A DNA stretch of 64,000 bases from Phoronis australis (Eukaryota > Animalia > Phoronida): positions 48,192-112,191 of the forward strand of contig NMRA01000873.1 in NCBI GenBank assembly GCA_002633005.1. Reading direction: 5' to 3'. A program made the position numbers and the translations under genes. Below the pieces are notes generated by a model. The model made no database searches, had not been told where the DNA came from, and worked only from the letters and a program-made list of their open reading frames with translations. Of this stretch, positions 1 through 11,552 are shown one piece after another. The number at the start of each line of letters is the position of its first letter. Position 1 is the first letter of the stretch.

Positions 1-3000
1 TGGAAAGTGCTTTAAAGCAACTCTACTTCAACCACAAATCGTTTTACTAGTATGATATCGATTTTTAAATCGATTAAAATTGATTTAGAATTTCAGTTCT
101 GGAAAATAAATCTCAATTGTTTTATTCCAGATAGACCTTAATTATTTTGTATTTGTGACCTCTTTATTTGACTTTTTGCTCATGTTGTTCTTAACACCAC
201 TTATCTCTGCTGTCCTTCTTTTTCTTTTCAGTTTCTCTTCATTCTCTTGTCAGCCAGAACAGAACTGTAACCCTTTGAGACTTGGTCGGCGAAAATTGAT
301 CGTTGAACCTCGATACCATTGTTCTAATAAATTACCCATAATTGTATTGTTTGATTTTTCTTATCTTTAACAGGCTTCTGCATTCATAAATAAATAAATA
401 AATACCCAAGTTGCATTTGAATTTTATTGCTCAATCTCTTCTTTTATTTTTGATTATGTCATGCTGTGCTGTATGTAACAATTGCAATATAGTGAAATAA
501 AGTCAATGTTTTACTTTATTGGTGGCCATTCTCTATCAATTCAAGTATTTTAAATTTCTTCAAATCAATTCAAAATGCTTTAACCAAAAATTTCAACATA
601 AATGTTGAGCTCAGTACTTTGTTTTGCAATAAAAAAAGTGGACAATATTTTGATGACCAAGGCGTGGACCAAAACTGTTAAGCACCCAGCGTGTTCCATT
701 TGTCTGCTGCGTTTTTCCTTTGGCCTAACAGGTGTCGGTTAGTACCTGGGACAAACAGATACATTGCATAAACAATCCTTGAGTTGTTTTTTGTTCCGTC
801 TGAAGAAAATTTAATTTCTAAAATATCTTCTGAAAATGAACAAAAAAAGTGCATTTAGTAAAATCTACAAGTTTTTAAGTGGTCTCAAAAAACAAACGGT
901 AAATGCATTAATTTTTGTCTCAGTTCTTCCACGCGTGTTTCTCCCGAGAAGTTAGTACCTAACGTGCAGACGAGCACTCCATGTTGGAACGCTAAGTTCC
1001 GCGTGGCTGCGCTGCACGCGAAAGAAGATGGCGGACGACCTTTGGAGCCTGACGAATCAAATTTTGAAAATCATCGCCTTCGTGCGATTCCGTGTTGCTG
1101 TCACCAGACTGATGTTCCTCCCCAACATCAATGTCGAAAATCGACTTTAAAAGTGATGGAAACTTGTCTCCTTTGTTTCTAACTTTTAACCCATTTTTTA
1201 AGAAAGGGGTGTACTGATTTTGTCTAACGTTGATAGTGCATAACTTTTGGTTTTTACAATACATTAATTGTGTTGAATGCATTCATATTAGGTGACTTCA
1301 TTGAGTTGAACAGAAAGTAAATAAATGTAACACAACAAAGTTTTGAAAATAAATAGAACAGTAAAACAGGACTCCCTAAAATCGAGCTGTTTTCGAAAAC
1401 TTTACGCCATTGTTGATCTGATTGGTTCATGCATTTACGGCGGGAAAATAATAGACCAAGTATCGTGCACGTGTGCACTGTAGCAACACTTTGTATCTTA
1501 TTCTTATTTGGCCAATCTGTTGATACAGTAAATTTCCTTATTTATGCCCATCCTGATTTGACTGCAACTTGAGCTTGTTGGGTTCTATCATATATTGGGT
1601 TGGCATTGGGACCCACATGATGCTCACTCGAATGGTCTTCATTTTACCAAGTATTTCAAATTGAGGTGAAGTAAATAAACAAAGTGGGTGATTATCATCA
1701 CCAGAATTTCATCATTAGTATCTTTTGCCGAGACTAGGGATTGTCAGATTTGTAAGGTAGAAGTGTTTTGCTGGATTTCCAGGTCTGTGGCGTTATTTAT
1801 ACCGGACCAAAATTAAAAAAAACAGACCTTTGTTTGAATCAGGAGCTGCATGATACACATTTATTAGACGTGCGCAGGCATTGCACTGATCACTTGGAAC
1901 CATTTTTATGGTTTATTAATATATAGTTAAACTAAGCTGATGAGCTTGAAACCTGATTCACGGCAATTTTTGGCAGTGGTATTTTCTGAAAAATGCTCGT
2001 AAGTTGACAACAAAGTTTGATAGCAATGCACTGCAGTTTTGTAGAAACTCTGTTCACAGGTTCCAGATGCGTCACAGAGCGTAACTTTGATGAATTCTAG
2101 CTTACGATTTCACCTGTTTCGGAGACCGGGTTTCAACCACTTTTGGGCTGTAATAAGCGCCCCCTTCCTGAAGAGGATTTTTCTAAGCACCCTGGCCGCT
2201 TATTAGGGCGCATACGGTAATATTTCAGAAGGGCAATACTTAGTATCCTTTATGCAAGGAACCCTTTTGTTACATTAGGAGTGGGATTGGTTCATTATGT
2301 ACCCTACAGGTGGCATAGGACTTTACAAAACTGGTTGAAGAATTTTGTTTTCGTCATAAACGTTCGTTTGAAAGGCTTAAGTTTGGAAATGTTAGGACTT
2401 AAGGAGGAAATTTAAAAAAACATATGTCCGCTTACAAAAAATTTAACATTGAAGAATAAAAACAACCTTTACATCCCTCTGGTGTTCCTGTTCCATGTTT
2501 TCAAAGAAGTTGGTTGCATTTTCATAGACTGCAGTCGAGAGAATTTGTGCGGCAGTATATTCGACATGAAATGAGTGTGTAACCTGCAGTTGAATTGCGT
2601 GATAGATTTTGACTGGTCCGGGTGGTTATTTTTAAAGTATTAATGTAATCTTTATTTATGTTAAAGGTTTTACCAGCGTTCTATTTATTTGTACACGAAT
2701 GTGAATTTGTTGAAATCGCTGATACAAATCCTGGCCAAATGTGCGCATTCTGCTGAGATCAACCTCTGATCAGGGCCAGCGAAGAGTAATTTGGTTAATT
2801 CGCTCACTAGGCTATGGCTGAACTTCCTCATAAGGACAAGAGTTTACGAGTCACTACCTTTGGAAGAAATTTAGCGGATAATTTTCGTCAAAAAGTTTAC
2901 CAGATAGTTTTCATCAAAACGGAGAAAACAAAAATGGATTTGTGAAGACAGGATTAAGTAGTAGAGTCTCTTAAAAACATTCATCTTCGAAGTGCCTTGA

Positions 3001-3751
3001 TTGAACAAATGTATAAAATCTTCTTGCCATTCACGTTGACACAAGAAGTAAGGTTTTCTTCCCACAGCCGATTATGGGGTCTTCGGATGGTATGGAAGCC
3101 AATTCCTTTGCATTTCGCGTGTGTGGCCGAACAACCGGCCACACAGTAGCCGATCATGATTAGCAGACGACGTACTTGCCGGAAATTGCACCAGAAAATT
3201 TAGCCAGGTGTCGCCAGTGAATAATGACGTAAGGGCTCGTGCGTAAGCTCACAGATTTCATCCACTGAAAATATACGGAGTTGGCGGTCTATGTACTATA
3301 GTCTATGGTGAAACATATGCCGCCAATCGTTAGTGTCATGAAGCATTTGAGATATTAAAGGCGAAGGCAACCTGTTTTCATGTCAATTTTTAGCAAAAAT
3401 AAGGTTCGTTAGTTATCCCAGACATATTTTACAATTAATTGTAATTTTTCGTAATTTGATTAATTACTCGTCTTCTCCTCCGGAAGTGACGTTTTGGGAG
3501 GCAAGAATTTCGCGCCAATTTAGCTCTGTGTTGAGTTTAGTGTGAGGATCTGTACTAGGGCTGTTTTTCTAAAATTGTCGTCACCACTTCCCATCGACGA
3601 GTTTTCTACGACAAACTAGTTTGTTAGAGAACCCAATATTACGTTCGATTTAGGGATTCTTTACTTTGTGTTAATCTGAAAATGACTGGAATCGGCGATC
3701 CATATCACAGTGACAGTAGTGACGTGAGTGAGTAACGGAGACATTGTTCAT

Positions 3752-5366
3752 ATAGACCCTATTTATGCGGCGGACATTAAAATCCAAAGCGAGGCTCACT
3801 GCGATAAACAAAGCAAAAGTAGACATTGCGTGAGTTAAATAGCCGGTCTTTCGAGTCCAACCTGGATATTAAATTTTAATGATGTGTCGACAATTAACCA
3901 CAAAGACGTAGAAAATTACATTAGAGAACGCCAAAGAGTTGTCTGACGAAAGGATTTAATTTTTTCGGAAAACTAGGTTCGAAACATGAAAAGTAAACTT
4001 GACCAAATTGCGGTGATCGTAGTGTTAGGATTAGGTATTATGCTGAATGAAGGGTTACGTTATTTCTTGTAAATTGTTGATCAAAATACTTTCTACGCGG
4101 ACCAGGTCATCTGCTTGTATTGTTGACGAGTTGAAGACATATTCGACAGTGGTGGATTAGTCACATCTGGTTTAATTTGTAAATCAAGAATATTAACATC
4201 AAGCATAGCCTGATCCTATGCACTCACTGGGACTAACAGTTGATTTGTCATTGATCTGAAAGAATAATTGATGTTATTAAGTATATTCTTTATTAAAATA
4301 AAAAACCAGGCTCGTAATTGGAAATAAAAATTATTTGACCATCAATTCTGCTTTCTTAGTTGTAATAATTCTTACATCTATTTCATGTCTTCGATTTCAA
4401 ATATCAATCTGGACCGAGTTGAATTTTAAAATTAAAACACCTAATTCGTTCGTCCAAAACATAACGTCGTTTTAGAACTCAATTTCAGTTAAGTGGACAA
4501 TGCAATCATAGTTATCATGTTTCTGCAGGAGCCTCGTTCATCCGAGGGGAAAGGTGCCAGTGCCTACTGAGAGGCGATTTTTTCGCCTAGTGAGGGTGGG
4601 AACAATCTACCTCCCGATCACCATCAGTAGCACCCCCACCCTGTTGCAAGCTCTCTTAGCCTCTGTCTCAATTTAAAGTAGCCTTTTGTGCTCTCAAAAA
4701 TTGTCACCTGTGTGGTTACAGGTGATGTGAACTCGGAAAGATTTTTCATTAGGGGAATTTGTATGCCTCGTGGGGGAATTTCGCGTGATATTTCAATATT
4801 TTTGAGAGGGGAATAGGGCCGATATTGGGCCCCAAATTTGAGGGATTGAGGACCCTGTCCTTTTTGGAAAAAAACGGTAAACGGGGTTCATTCAGCGCCT
4901 ATGCGTTGTTTATTCACCCCCCAAGACCCCCTGGTGGCGCACGTGGGTTAGTCAGCAATTCGCACCCGAACTCAAAAATGGGATCTGATACAATTTTAGA
5001 GGGGCCATGCCCCCCCCCCCTAAATCCGTAGTCGTGAAAACACATCCTGTCTGGCCCATTCTCCGGTCGTTACTATGATGCTTGACAACTGACCGAGATG
5101 CGACAAAATATGATCTAACTTATCGAAAACATTTATAAATTTTACACGGACACATTTTGCTTCGTCGCGGCGTATGGCAACGACCCAACGCTTCCGAATC
5201 TCAACGTCTTTAGAGATTGTAAAGCAGACAGTTGCGTGTCCGTATTTTTTCTAGCCGTTCGCTGAACAACACGGACTGAAACACAGAACTATGCCGATAA
5301 GCTGACAGAGCTATCGTAGCGAGCCTCGTTTTGGAACGCGCCTCGTGTCGGCATGAATAGTCTATA
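3752..5366. mobile_element. Non-autonomous TIR element nested inside the Kolobok-like element (superfamily uncertain)
   Basis: Left end tatagaccctatttatgc...tccaaagcgaggctcactgcgata. The right end reverse-complements to tatagactattcatgc...ttccaaaacgaggctcgctacgata. No coding capacity recognised. Confidence 0.55.
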
Positions 5367-5369
5367 GCA

Positions 5370-6221
5370 GTGGTGGCAAGGAATTTTTTCACGGACAGTC
5401 ACTCAGTCAGTGAGTGGGTATACTTTGTATGTTTGAGCCCGAGTATGATGAGGCAGAGTACGCACAGGCATAACTGTCCCACTTGCCCCAGTGTCCCGCA
5501 ACACACTCCCACTGGATGTGGACATGAGTACCCAAACTGCTTACATCCCACAGTGTGACTCCCTCGCCACACACCTGGCACTTTCTAAATATCTCCAATA
5601 CTTTAGACAAGTCCACAATAAACTTCTCAAAGTTTGGCTCACCGATCTGTTCGTTGGACGACGAACTGTCCTCTTCACTGGGTGTCGAACTGGGCCTGTA
5701 GGCCATTCACTCCCACAACTCAGCATCGCTGCCGCAGGGCTGCTTACAGGCTCTGTGTTAGAGACAACAGCATGGGGCGAATCACAGCTAGTTCCCAGAA
5801 TTGCACGCTCTGTACCTTCGGAGGCAAGGGTGACAGTTGATGAAGTGCCTCCAGTCACTGTCATGGCCATACCTCGCGAGGCTTCTCGCTTCAAAAACGC
5901 ACTTCTCGGGGAAGGGGAGCACTGCCGGGAATCAACAGCTACGGTATCGCACCGTTCTTCAGGCGTTGTTTCGCAGAGACCTTCATAAATTCAGCGTACA
6001 TATCCCTCTCGTAATCTGACAGCAGAAAATGCTTACCAAACACTCGGTAACCCTCCACTGCTTTGAACGTTGCGTTGACTGGTAGCGCTGCGTTATTCAC
6101 ACGAACGGGCCAAGTACGGCGAAGTGTGACATCCTTTGGAAAGCGATGCAAAGCCTAGTATTCCCAAAGCGCGTGTGAGACGATAATGAGTACATCCCGG
6201 CACGCAGCAACAGTGTGGCAT
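5370..6221 (-). pseudogene. Disrupted THAP-domain transposase N-terminus (THAP plus CxxC...C-x-x-GH zinc-finger region), truncated before the DDE domain
   Basis: ATG at 6221 gives MPHCCCVPGC, then a frameshift into LHRFPKD..RRTW...RVFGKHF..DY...RLKNGAIP* (THAP signature with the third Cys replaced by F and a premature stop). Further downstream FIVDLSKVLEIFRKCQVCGE...WECVAGHWGKWDS. Confidence 0.8.
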
Positions 6222-7438
6222 GTTGTCTGACTCGTAAACAAAAGCAAACGACGACCGAACTTATCACAACAGAGGTAGAACAATGACTGACTCCACAGCT
6301 CTCACAGTCACACTATATGAAAAGAAATTGGCACGAAATTCTTGCCTCCCAAAACGTCACTTCCGGAGTAGAGCACGAGTAATTAATTAAATCAAGAAAA
6401 GCTGTAATTAAGTGAAAAATATTTCTAGGATAACCAACGAACCTTATTTTTACTAAAAATAAAATGAAAAAGGTTGCCTTTGCCTTTAACTAACGCCATC
6501 AATAAAAGGGGTTATGACACCATCAAAGAAGGAAAGAGGAGAGACTAAGCAGAAAAGGCACCACCAGCATTACTGATTTACGAGAAAAGAAAAGACAAAT
6601 GTACAAGTTAATTTATCATGGTGTCTTATGTCATCGATTGATGGTATATTAATTTTATAAAAGTAAATACTTCTATTCCTAGACAACTGACCTTGACTGG
6701 ACCACACAAAGCAAAAATTATTACATCAATTTTCAACCCTGAACAGTCCAACTGACATTTTTCAGCTATTGGCAGACTCCAAATACACAAAAGAGCAGCA
6801 CCGTCAGAAGACATGCAATCTGTAGAGATCGTTTCAGTAGAATTTCAAGTGGTAAGTAGTTTAATTTATCTCAGACACGAGTTAACAGGTAGCATAAACT
6901 ACTCAAAATCAACTCCCATCTAACGGAGCAGACGATCGCCTACGTCGTGACACTTTCAGGATTCTAGATAAGAGGAGGCGTATCCCACAAATCAATGATT
7001 TGGGATCAATTTTTGATATGCCAAACAGGTCAATCTAGATTAATGATCACTATGTGAGTACCTTTCAGCTTCTGCTATATTAGTTAGTAGCCAAAATGAC
7101 AAAGTAAGCTATCCGAAGTTTCAGGTTTACACCGATTAGAGGTCAAGCGAATGCAATAAAGGGCAACAGAAAAGAAAAAGTCATGATGCAGGAAGTAAAG
7201 TGAACGCCAGATACAGTGGTATGAAGACGAACTGCGCGTTAACTCAAAAAATTAAGTAGACTCGCGTGATTTTGAGATCACGACATATGCAGCGACAGCA
7301 ATAAAAAATTAGAGCCAGTTTACCATCTTCGTAGTTAGGCAATGTTATTCACAGTACAATTTCGTGTTTCGGGAGCATTATCGGTTTAAATTACAGTCGA
7401 GCTGCTTCACTTAAACTGACAACTGGCATCTAACTCAA

Positions 7439-9340
7439 ATGGGAAACACCCTTCGTGGATATTTCTGTACGCAACGAGAGTCCAGTGAATCTATGTGTGA
7501 AGACCTAGACGGTGAAGATGGCAACAGGAATCGTCTCGAAAACAATCTTATCAAGGCACTCCAGAAAGACAATAACTCTGAATTGGAATCGAGTTTAGAG
7601 AAGTATCTTGAAGGCATTCAATTATCTGGAGACAAACTGGCAATGAATCATATCCTCGTGGAACGAGTGAGAACTATTGTTGAGTCAACCAGTGGGATGC
7701 TTGAATGTCAATATGAACTCAAGGCAGCACTAAAATATCGTAGCTACAATACCGTCGTGGATGCGCTTCGAAAGTATCTAAAGTTCACGTCAAAAGTGTT
7801 GCAAACACAACTAGACCAACGGCTAATTAGAGATGCAAAGCAATTTATCAAGGAGGAACGCCAAGGTGTATCAAGGGGAAGCAGTTTGTCCGGAGTCTCA
7901 CAGAAGGACTTTCGGACAATTAAGGGCTCGGTTGCAAGCACACCTGGCTTAAGTGAAGCTGCCACCAAGAGACGTCGGACTAGTGGCGTGTCTACAGCGA
8001 GTGAAAATCTGGACAAAGATAAGCCTGCTAAATTCAAATCCATAAGTCAAGATAAAGAGAAACTTTATGAAGCATTGCACCAGGACGACATATCACTTAT
8101 GAAACAAGAGTTAAATCGGTACTCCATGAATCCAGATCCGGACTGGAAATTCGTGAACAAGGCTAAGCATATTATAAGTACCAAGGCAGAATACAGGCAA
8201 CACGTAGTAGAAAAAAACAGGAAACTCTTGCAACAACTTGTCAATGCCACGTATAACATGAACCTCCAAAAGATTTCGTCAGCTCTTAAGGACTACGAAA
8301 GATACTGCGAGCAGCACAGTCCAGTCATCTCTCTTGACCGAGGAGTAGTGATACAGGCGAAAGTAATCATTAGTCAGCTCGAATCAGAAGTGGAAGCGGT
8401 CAAAAGAGAACACGAAGCATTCCGTAACAGATTGACCCGAGCAAGTCAGTTGGGCAATCCTGGAGAGGTAGAGTATGCATTGGAAAAGTACGAACTCTTC
8501 GCGAAGTACCGAGGCTACGTTATTGACGATAAGCTCGTCGAGAAAGCCAAAAAGAGCTTACTGCTTTCTTCGATGGAGAAGAACCGAGACGAGTTGAAAA
8601 GAAAGCTGGTTGAAGCAAACGAAAGTGGGGACACAGAGTTAATGAAGGATGCTCTGAGCAAATATAGGAGTTTTCTCGAGGAAAGTGGTACTGGAGATGA
8701 TCCTCTCGTAGAGCAAATAGAGACAAAACTTACGACGTCGTATTGTCAAACCCTCCTTGATGAAGCTATCCACAGTAACGATGTAGAAAAATTAAAATGG
8801 GCAATAGATCATGTGAAAACGTTTCAGGTGGTTGACGAAGTTAAGGAAAAATGTAAGAAGGCCAGTGTGATCATGGAAAAAATAGAACATGGGATAAAAA
8901 CGAAATCTGCCATTATGAACTTGGACCGAGCACAATTGCACGAAATCCGGGACTACTCGAATCCACCGCCGGTGGTTCATGAGTTAATGGTCGCCATTTT
9001 GCTTTTATTAGGGTATTCCGAGAGCGAAACGCGCGACTGGGCAACATGTCAAAAACTGTGTTGTAGTTACAGGACGCCAACATATCAAGGACTCATTAAG
9101 AGTATCCAAGATTTTGAACTGGTTCACCTGAACCCGGCCATCGCAAAGCGTGCTCAGCAGATTCTAGAAGTATTGACGCCTGAATGCGTCAGAGCGACAA
9201 GTCACGCTGCATCTCTGCTCTATGCATGGGCAGTTGCTACTTGTGAGCGATGTCTTGAAAATGCGGATTGCCCAACGCCGGCAACAGGTACGCGACAGAA
9301 CTCGATCTTGGCCTCTATGGGCAAACAAGCAAGACAATAG
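7439..9340 (+). CDS. 633-aa single-coding-exon protein: predicted N-myristoylation, 7 helical repeats, C-terminal dynein heavy-chain stalk MTBD-like domain
   Basis: Uninterrupted 1.9-kb ORF with good start context (tcaaATGG) and a splice acceptor ttacag at ~7391-7396 just upstream. Starts MGNTLRGYFC. Repeats of the form LxxAxxxxxxxxLxxALxxY...DxxLVxxAK. C-terminal LDRAQLHEIRDYSNPPPVVHELMVAILLLLG...DW...LIKSIQDF...PECVRATSHAASLLYAWA matches the dynein MTBD pattern. Confidence 0.85.
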   Translation: MGNTLRGYFCTQRESSESMCEDLDGEDGNRNRLENNLIKALQKDNNSELESSLEKYLEGIQLSGDKLAMNHILVERVRTIVESTSGMLECQYELKAALKYRSYNTVVDALRKYLKFTSKVLQTQLDQRLIRDAKQFIKEERQGVSRGSSLSGVSQKDFRTIKGSVASTPGLSEAATKRRRTSGVSTASENLDKDKPAKFKSISQDKEKLYEALHQDDISLMKQELNRYSMNPDPDWKFVNKAKHIISTKAEYRQHVVEKNRKLLQQLVNATYNMNLQKISSALKDYERYCEQHSPVISLDRGVVIQAKVIISQLESEVEAVKREHEAFRNRLTRASQLGNPGEVEYALEKYELFAKYRGYVIDDKLVEKAKKSLLLSSMEKNRDELKRKLVEANESGDTELMKDALSKYRSFLEESGTGDDPLVEQIETKLTTSYCQTLLDEAIHSNDVEKLKWAIDHVKTFQVVDEVKEKCKKASVIMEKIEHGIKTKSAIMNLDRAQLHEIRDYSNPPPVVHELMVAILLLLGYSESETRDWATCQKLCCSYRTPTYQGLIKSIQDFELVHLNPAIAKRAQQILEVLTPECVRATSHAASLLYAWAVATCERCLENADCPTPATGTRQNSILASMGKQARQ

Positions 9341-10029
9341 CACTGGTTATAACATCTCAGACAGCTATGGCAGTCTCATGTATGAAAAGGAAAACAACAA
9401 ACGCCACACGAAACCGCTACTGAGTTAATGCATGTAACGTTCACATGGCAGAAAGACATTGCTTAAATCTTGCCACTGACGTTTTGATCGTGTGACTTTA
9501 ATTGACGGGCATGGCGATTGTAACTCTGAACCACGGAATTAAATTTTAATTCGAACAGTCGGTTTATCATTTTTTGATCTAGACAAGTGCGCAAACATCT
9601 GTTCTATGCCACCGACAGAAATTGCATGTGCAGCCCCATAGCTGTTAGCTGATCGCGATAGCCACACAGCTTTCTCTTCTTCGCATCGCCCTCCTGGGAG
9701 CACGCATGTATACATAATGGGCAGTCTAACTGGCATTGTTAAGATTCAAGACTGTTCCATTGTTTTTCGACACCACCGCGTTTCCAATACAGCCTTGACG
9801 ACTCTTTAACCTACTAAGGCAGGCACATACATAACCTGTCCATAGGGCCGGAGTTTAGTGGTTTCGTTTCTGTCTCAAAATCAATGTCAGCAGTTCTCTC
9901 GCCAATCCTTTAAATTTCATGACTATTCTTCGCGGAACTTTGTAGATACTAAGACCAGCAAAAAATCCTAAAACTGTCACCAGTGGGCATTGTAGTTTTC
10001 GAATAGGTTTGAAATCAATGTCGTCCATG

Positions 10030-10830
10030 GGCAGATTTAATAATACCCAGGCGATCCAACTCTATATAAACCTTTTAAGGTTTAAAGTTTTGGTAAATTA
10101 AGCCCCAGCTTTTTACCACTGTTTATGACCAGATAAGATCATACTTCATACTTCACACCTCCCCAACTCCAACAATAGACCAGCCTTGGGTAAATGAGGG
10201 ACTCAGAAGCTCAAGGCTTTTGATGTTGTCACATGTCGCTTTCCTGGGTCTCTGGAGTTGAAATGCGAAGATTCCTATGGAAGTATGACCAAAAGATATG
10301 TAACTCAAGAAATTTATTAATGACAGTTTAGCTAAGTACATTTTCCATTGACTGAAAAATCTCATGTTTGGAAATCTCATGGTGACTAGAAATCTTCCCT
10401 TGATTATGCTGTAATTAATTCCAAGCAATTTTCCCTAAACATAATCCTAATTTCAGAATACAAGCCTCTTGAATCACCAAGAACACAGAGACAAAAGTAA
10501 CAAATAAAATACTACTCAGCCAGGGTTTAAGGCCAGAGATTCCATATCTGAACTCAGACAGATATCAACTAGACAGATATCAACTAACAAATGTTGATAT
10601 CCATAGTAAATGAACTCCCAATCACTTATCTAATTTAACTGTCTTTGATTAGAAATACTGACTTCTTGTTGACTCCTTCATGTAGAAATTGAGCTGAGCA
10701 CCTTGAGTTTCAAGAAGAATGGTACAGTCAATCCTTGAATGTCCCAGAGTTGTATAGTTCATCAGCACATATGAGGATATGTCACTCACCATGGTAAAAT
10801 CTCCACCAGTTTAGGAGAACAAATTAAGCT
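10030..10830 (-). mobile_element. Highly decayed L1/Tx1-like LINE reverse-transcriptase relic
   Basis: Minus-strand frames give broken fragments in RT order (QG-like motif, KLLGIN, W...KLS, GL.LP...SW). Many stops and frameshifts. Confidence 0.35.
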
Positions 10831-11185
10831 GATGCAAGTGAAATTTTACTATCATTTCCATACAACACATGCAGCGCCAAACTAAAAGTTTTTTTCCGTG
10901 TTCAAATTTTTCCCAAAAACAACCATCAAAGTTTTGAAAACTGTGGGTATTCACAACAAAGTTAGAAGCTTGTGAAAGATGAAAAATGACATTTTGGCAA
11001 TTATTCAAGTCCGAAATTGGTGAAATTTTATCGATATGGTGTTCCAAGTCCTGCTAAGCATATCTATGCAAGGAAATAGTTTAGTTTTCTCCAAAGTCTG
11101 GCAGCGGGGACAGAACTTTGGGAAAAGTCACACAACAGCGTAATATTTCAATGGTGCAGACGTCTTGCAGAAGAAAACTCCTACA

Positions 11186-11458
11186 GGGCTACGTCTCATG
11201 AATAAGTGACTCAAGACATAAGACAAAAATTTTGTCTGCGCTCCCTGTTCACAATTGGCCACGTAATTATTATTAGTCTGTTACTATTAGCACACAACAG
11301 ATTAGAAATTATTTTTACTAATTATATCCATAACTGACAATTATACATTCTCAGATACTTTTACTAAAATGAAATTTGAATTCACTATTTTCAAAAATAA
11401 TTGTGTGGAGCGTAAGACCAAATTCGTGACTTAAGTCATTTTACATGAAACACATCCC
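11186..11458. mobile_element. MITE with imperfect TIRs (PIF/Harbinger-like ends)
   Basis: gggctacgtctcatgaataagtgactcaag...gcgctcc..acaatt versus aattgtgtggagcgtaag...gacttaagtcattttacatgaaacacatccc. Confidence 0.45.
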
Positions 11459-11552
11459 AAAGCCTCAAACTAAAACTTTAAGGCACTGTCTGGCTCAAGA
11501 CTGAATAGAGTATCTTCTAGCTTGGCACAGCAGTTAAGGAATCGTAAGGGCA

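Larger units (their letters stand above)
3359..6485 (-). mobile_element. Kolobok-like DNA transposon (defective), ~165-bp terminal inverted repeats, TTAA target-site duplication
   Basis: Left end TTAA|AGGCGAAGGCAACC (TTAA 3355-3358). Right end GGTTGCCTTTGCCT|TTAA (TTAA 6486-6489). The TIRs extend about 165 bp (e.g. ccggaagtgacgttttgggaggcaagaatttcg vs cgaaattcttgcctcccaaaacgtcacttccgg). TTAA TSD, RR...YY termini and an internal THAP ORF fit the Kolobok superfamily. Confidence 0.8.

Noticed and set aside
1925-1965. Hammerhead-like CTGATGAGCTTGAAAC
   Set aside because: It is the antisense of a SINE body. The core is not conserved in the related copies (~50710, ~21270) and stem I does not pair next to the core.
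2523-3307. Possible MITE bounded by CATAGACT...AGTCTATG
   Set aside because: Only 8 bp of clean inverted match and no TSD; insufficient support.
5491-5988. 165-aa plus-strand ORF in the transposon
   Set aside because: Antisense shadow of the GC-richer THAP transposase relic; no motifs.
8906-9240. Exon of a true dynein heavy-chain gene
   Set aside because: The MTBD-like segment is embedded in a self-contained ORF with its own start and stop, and no AAA, linker or long stalk exons are visible in the window.
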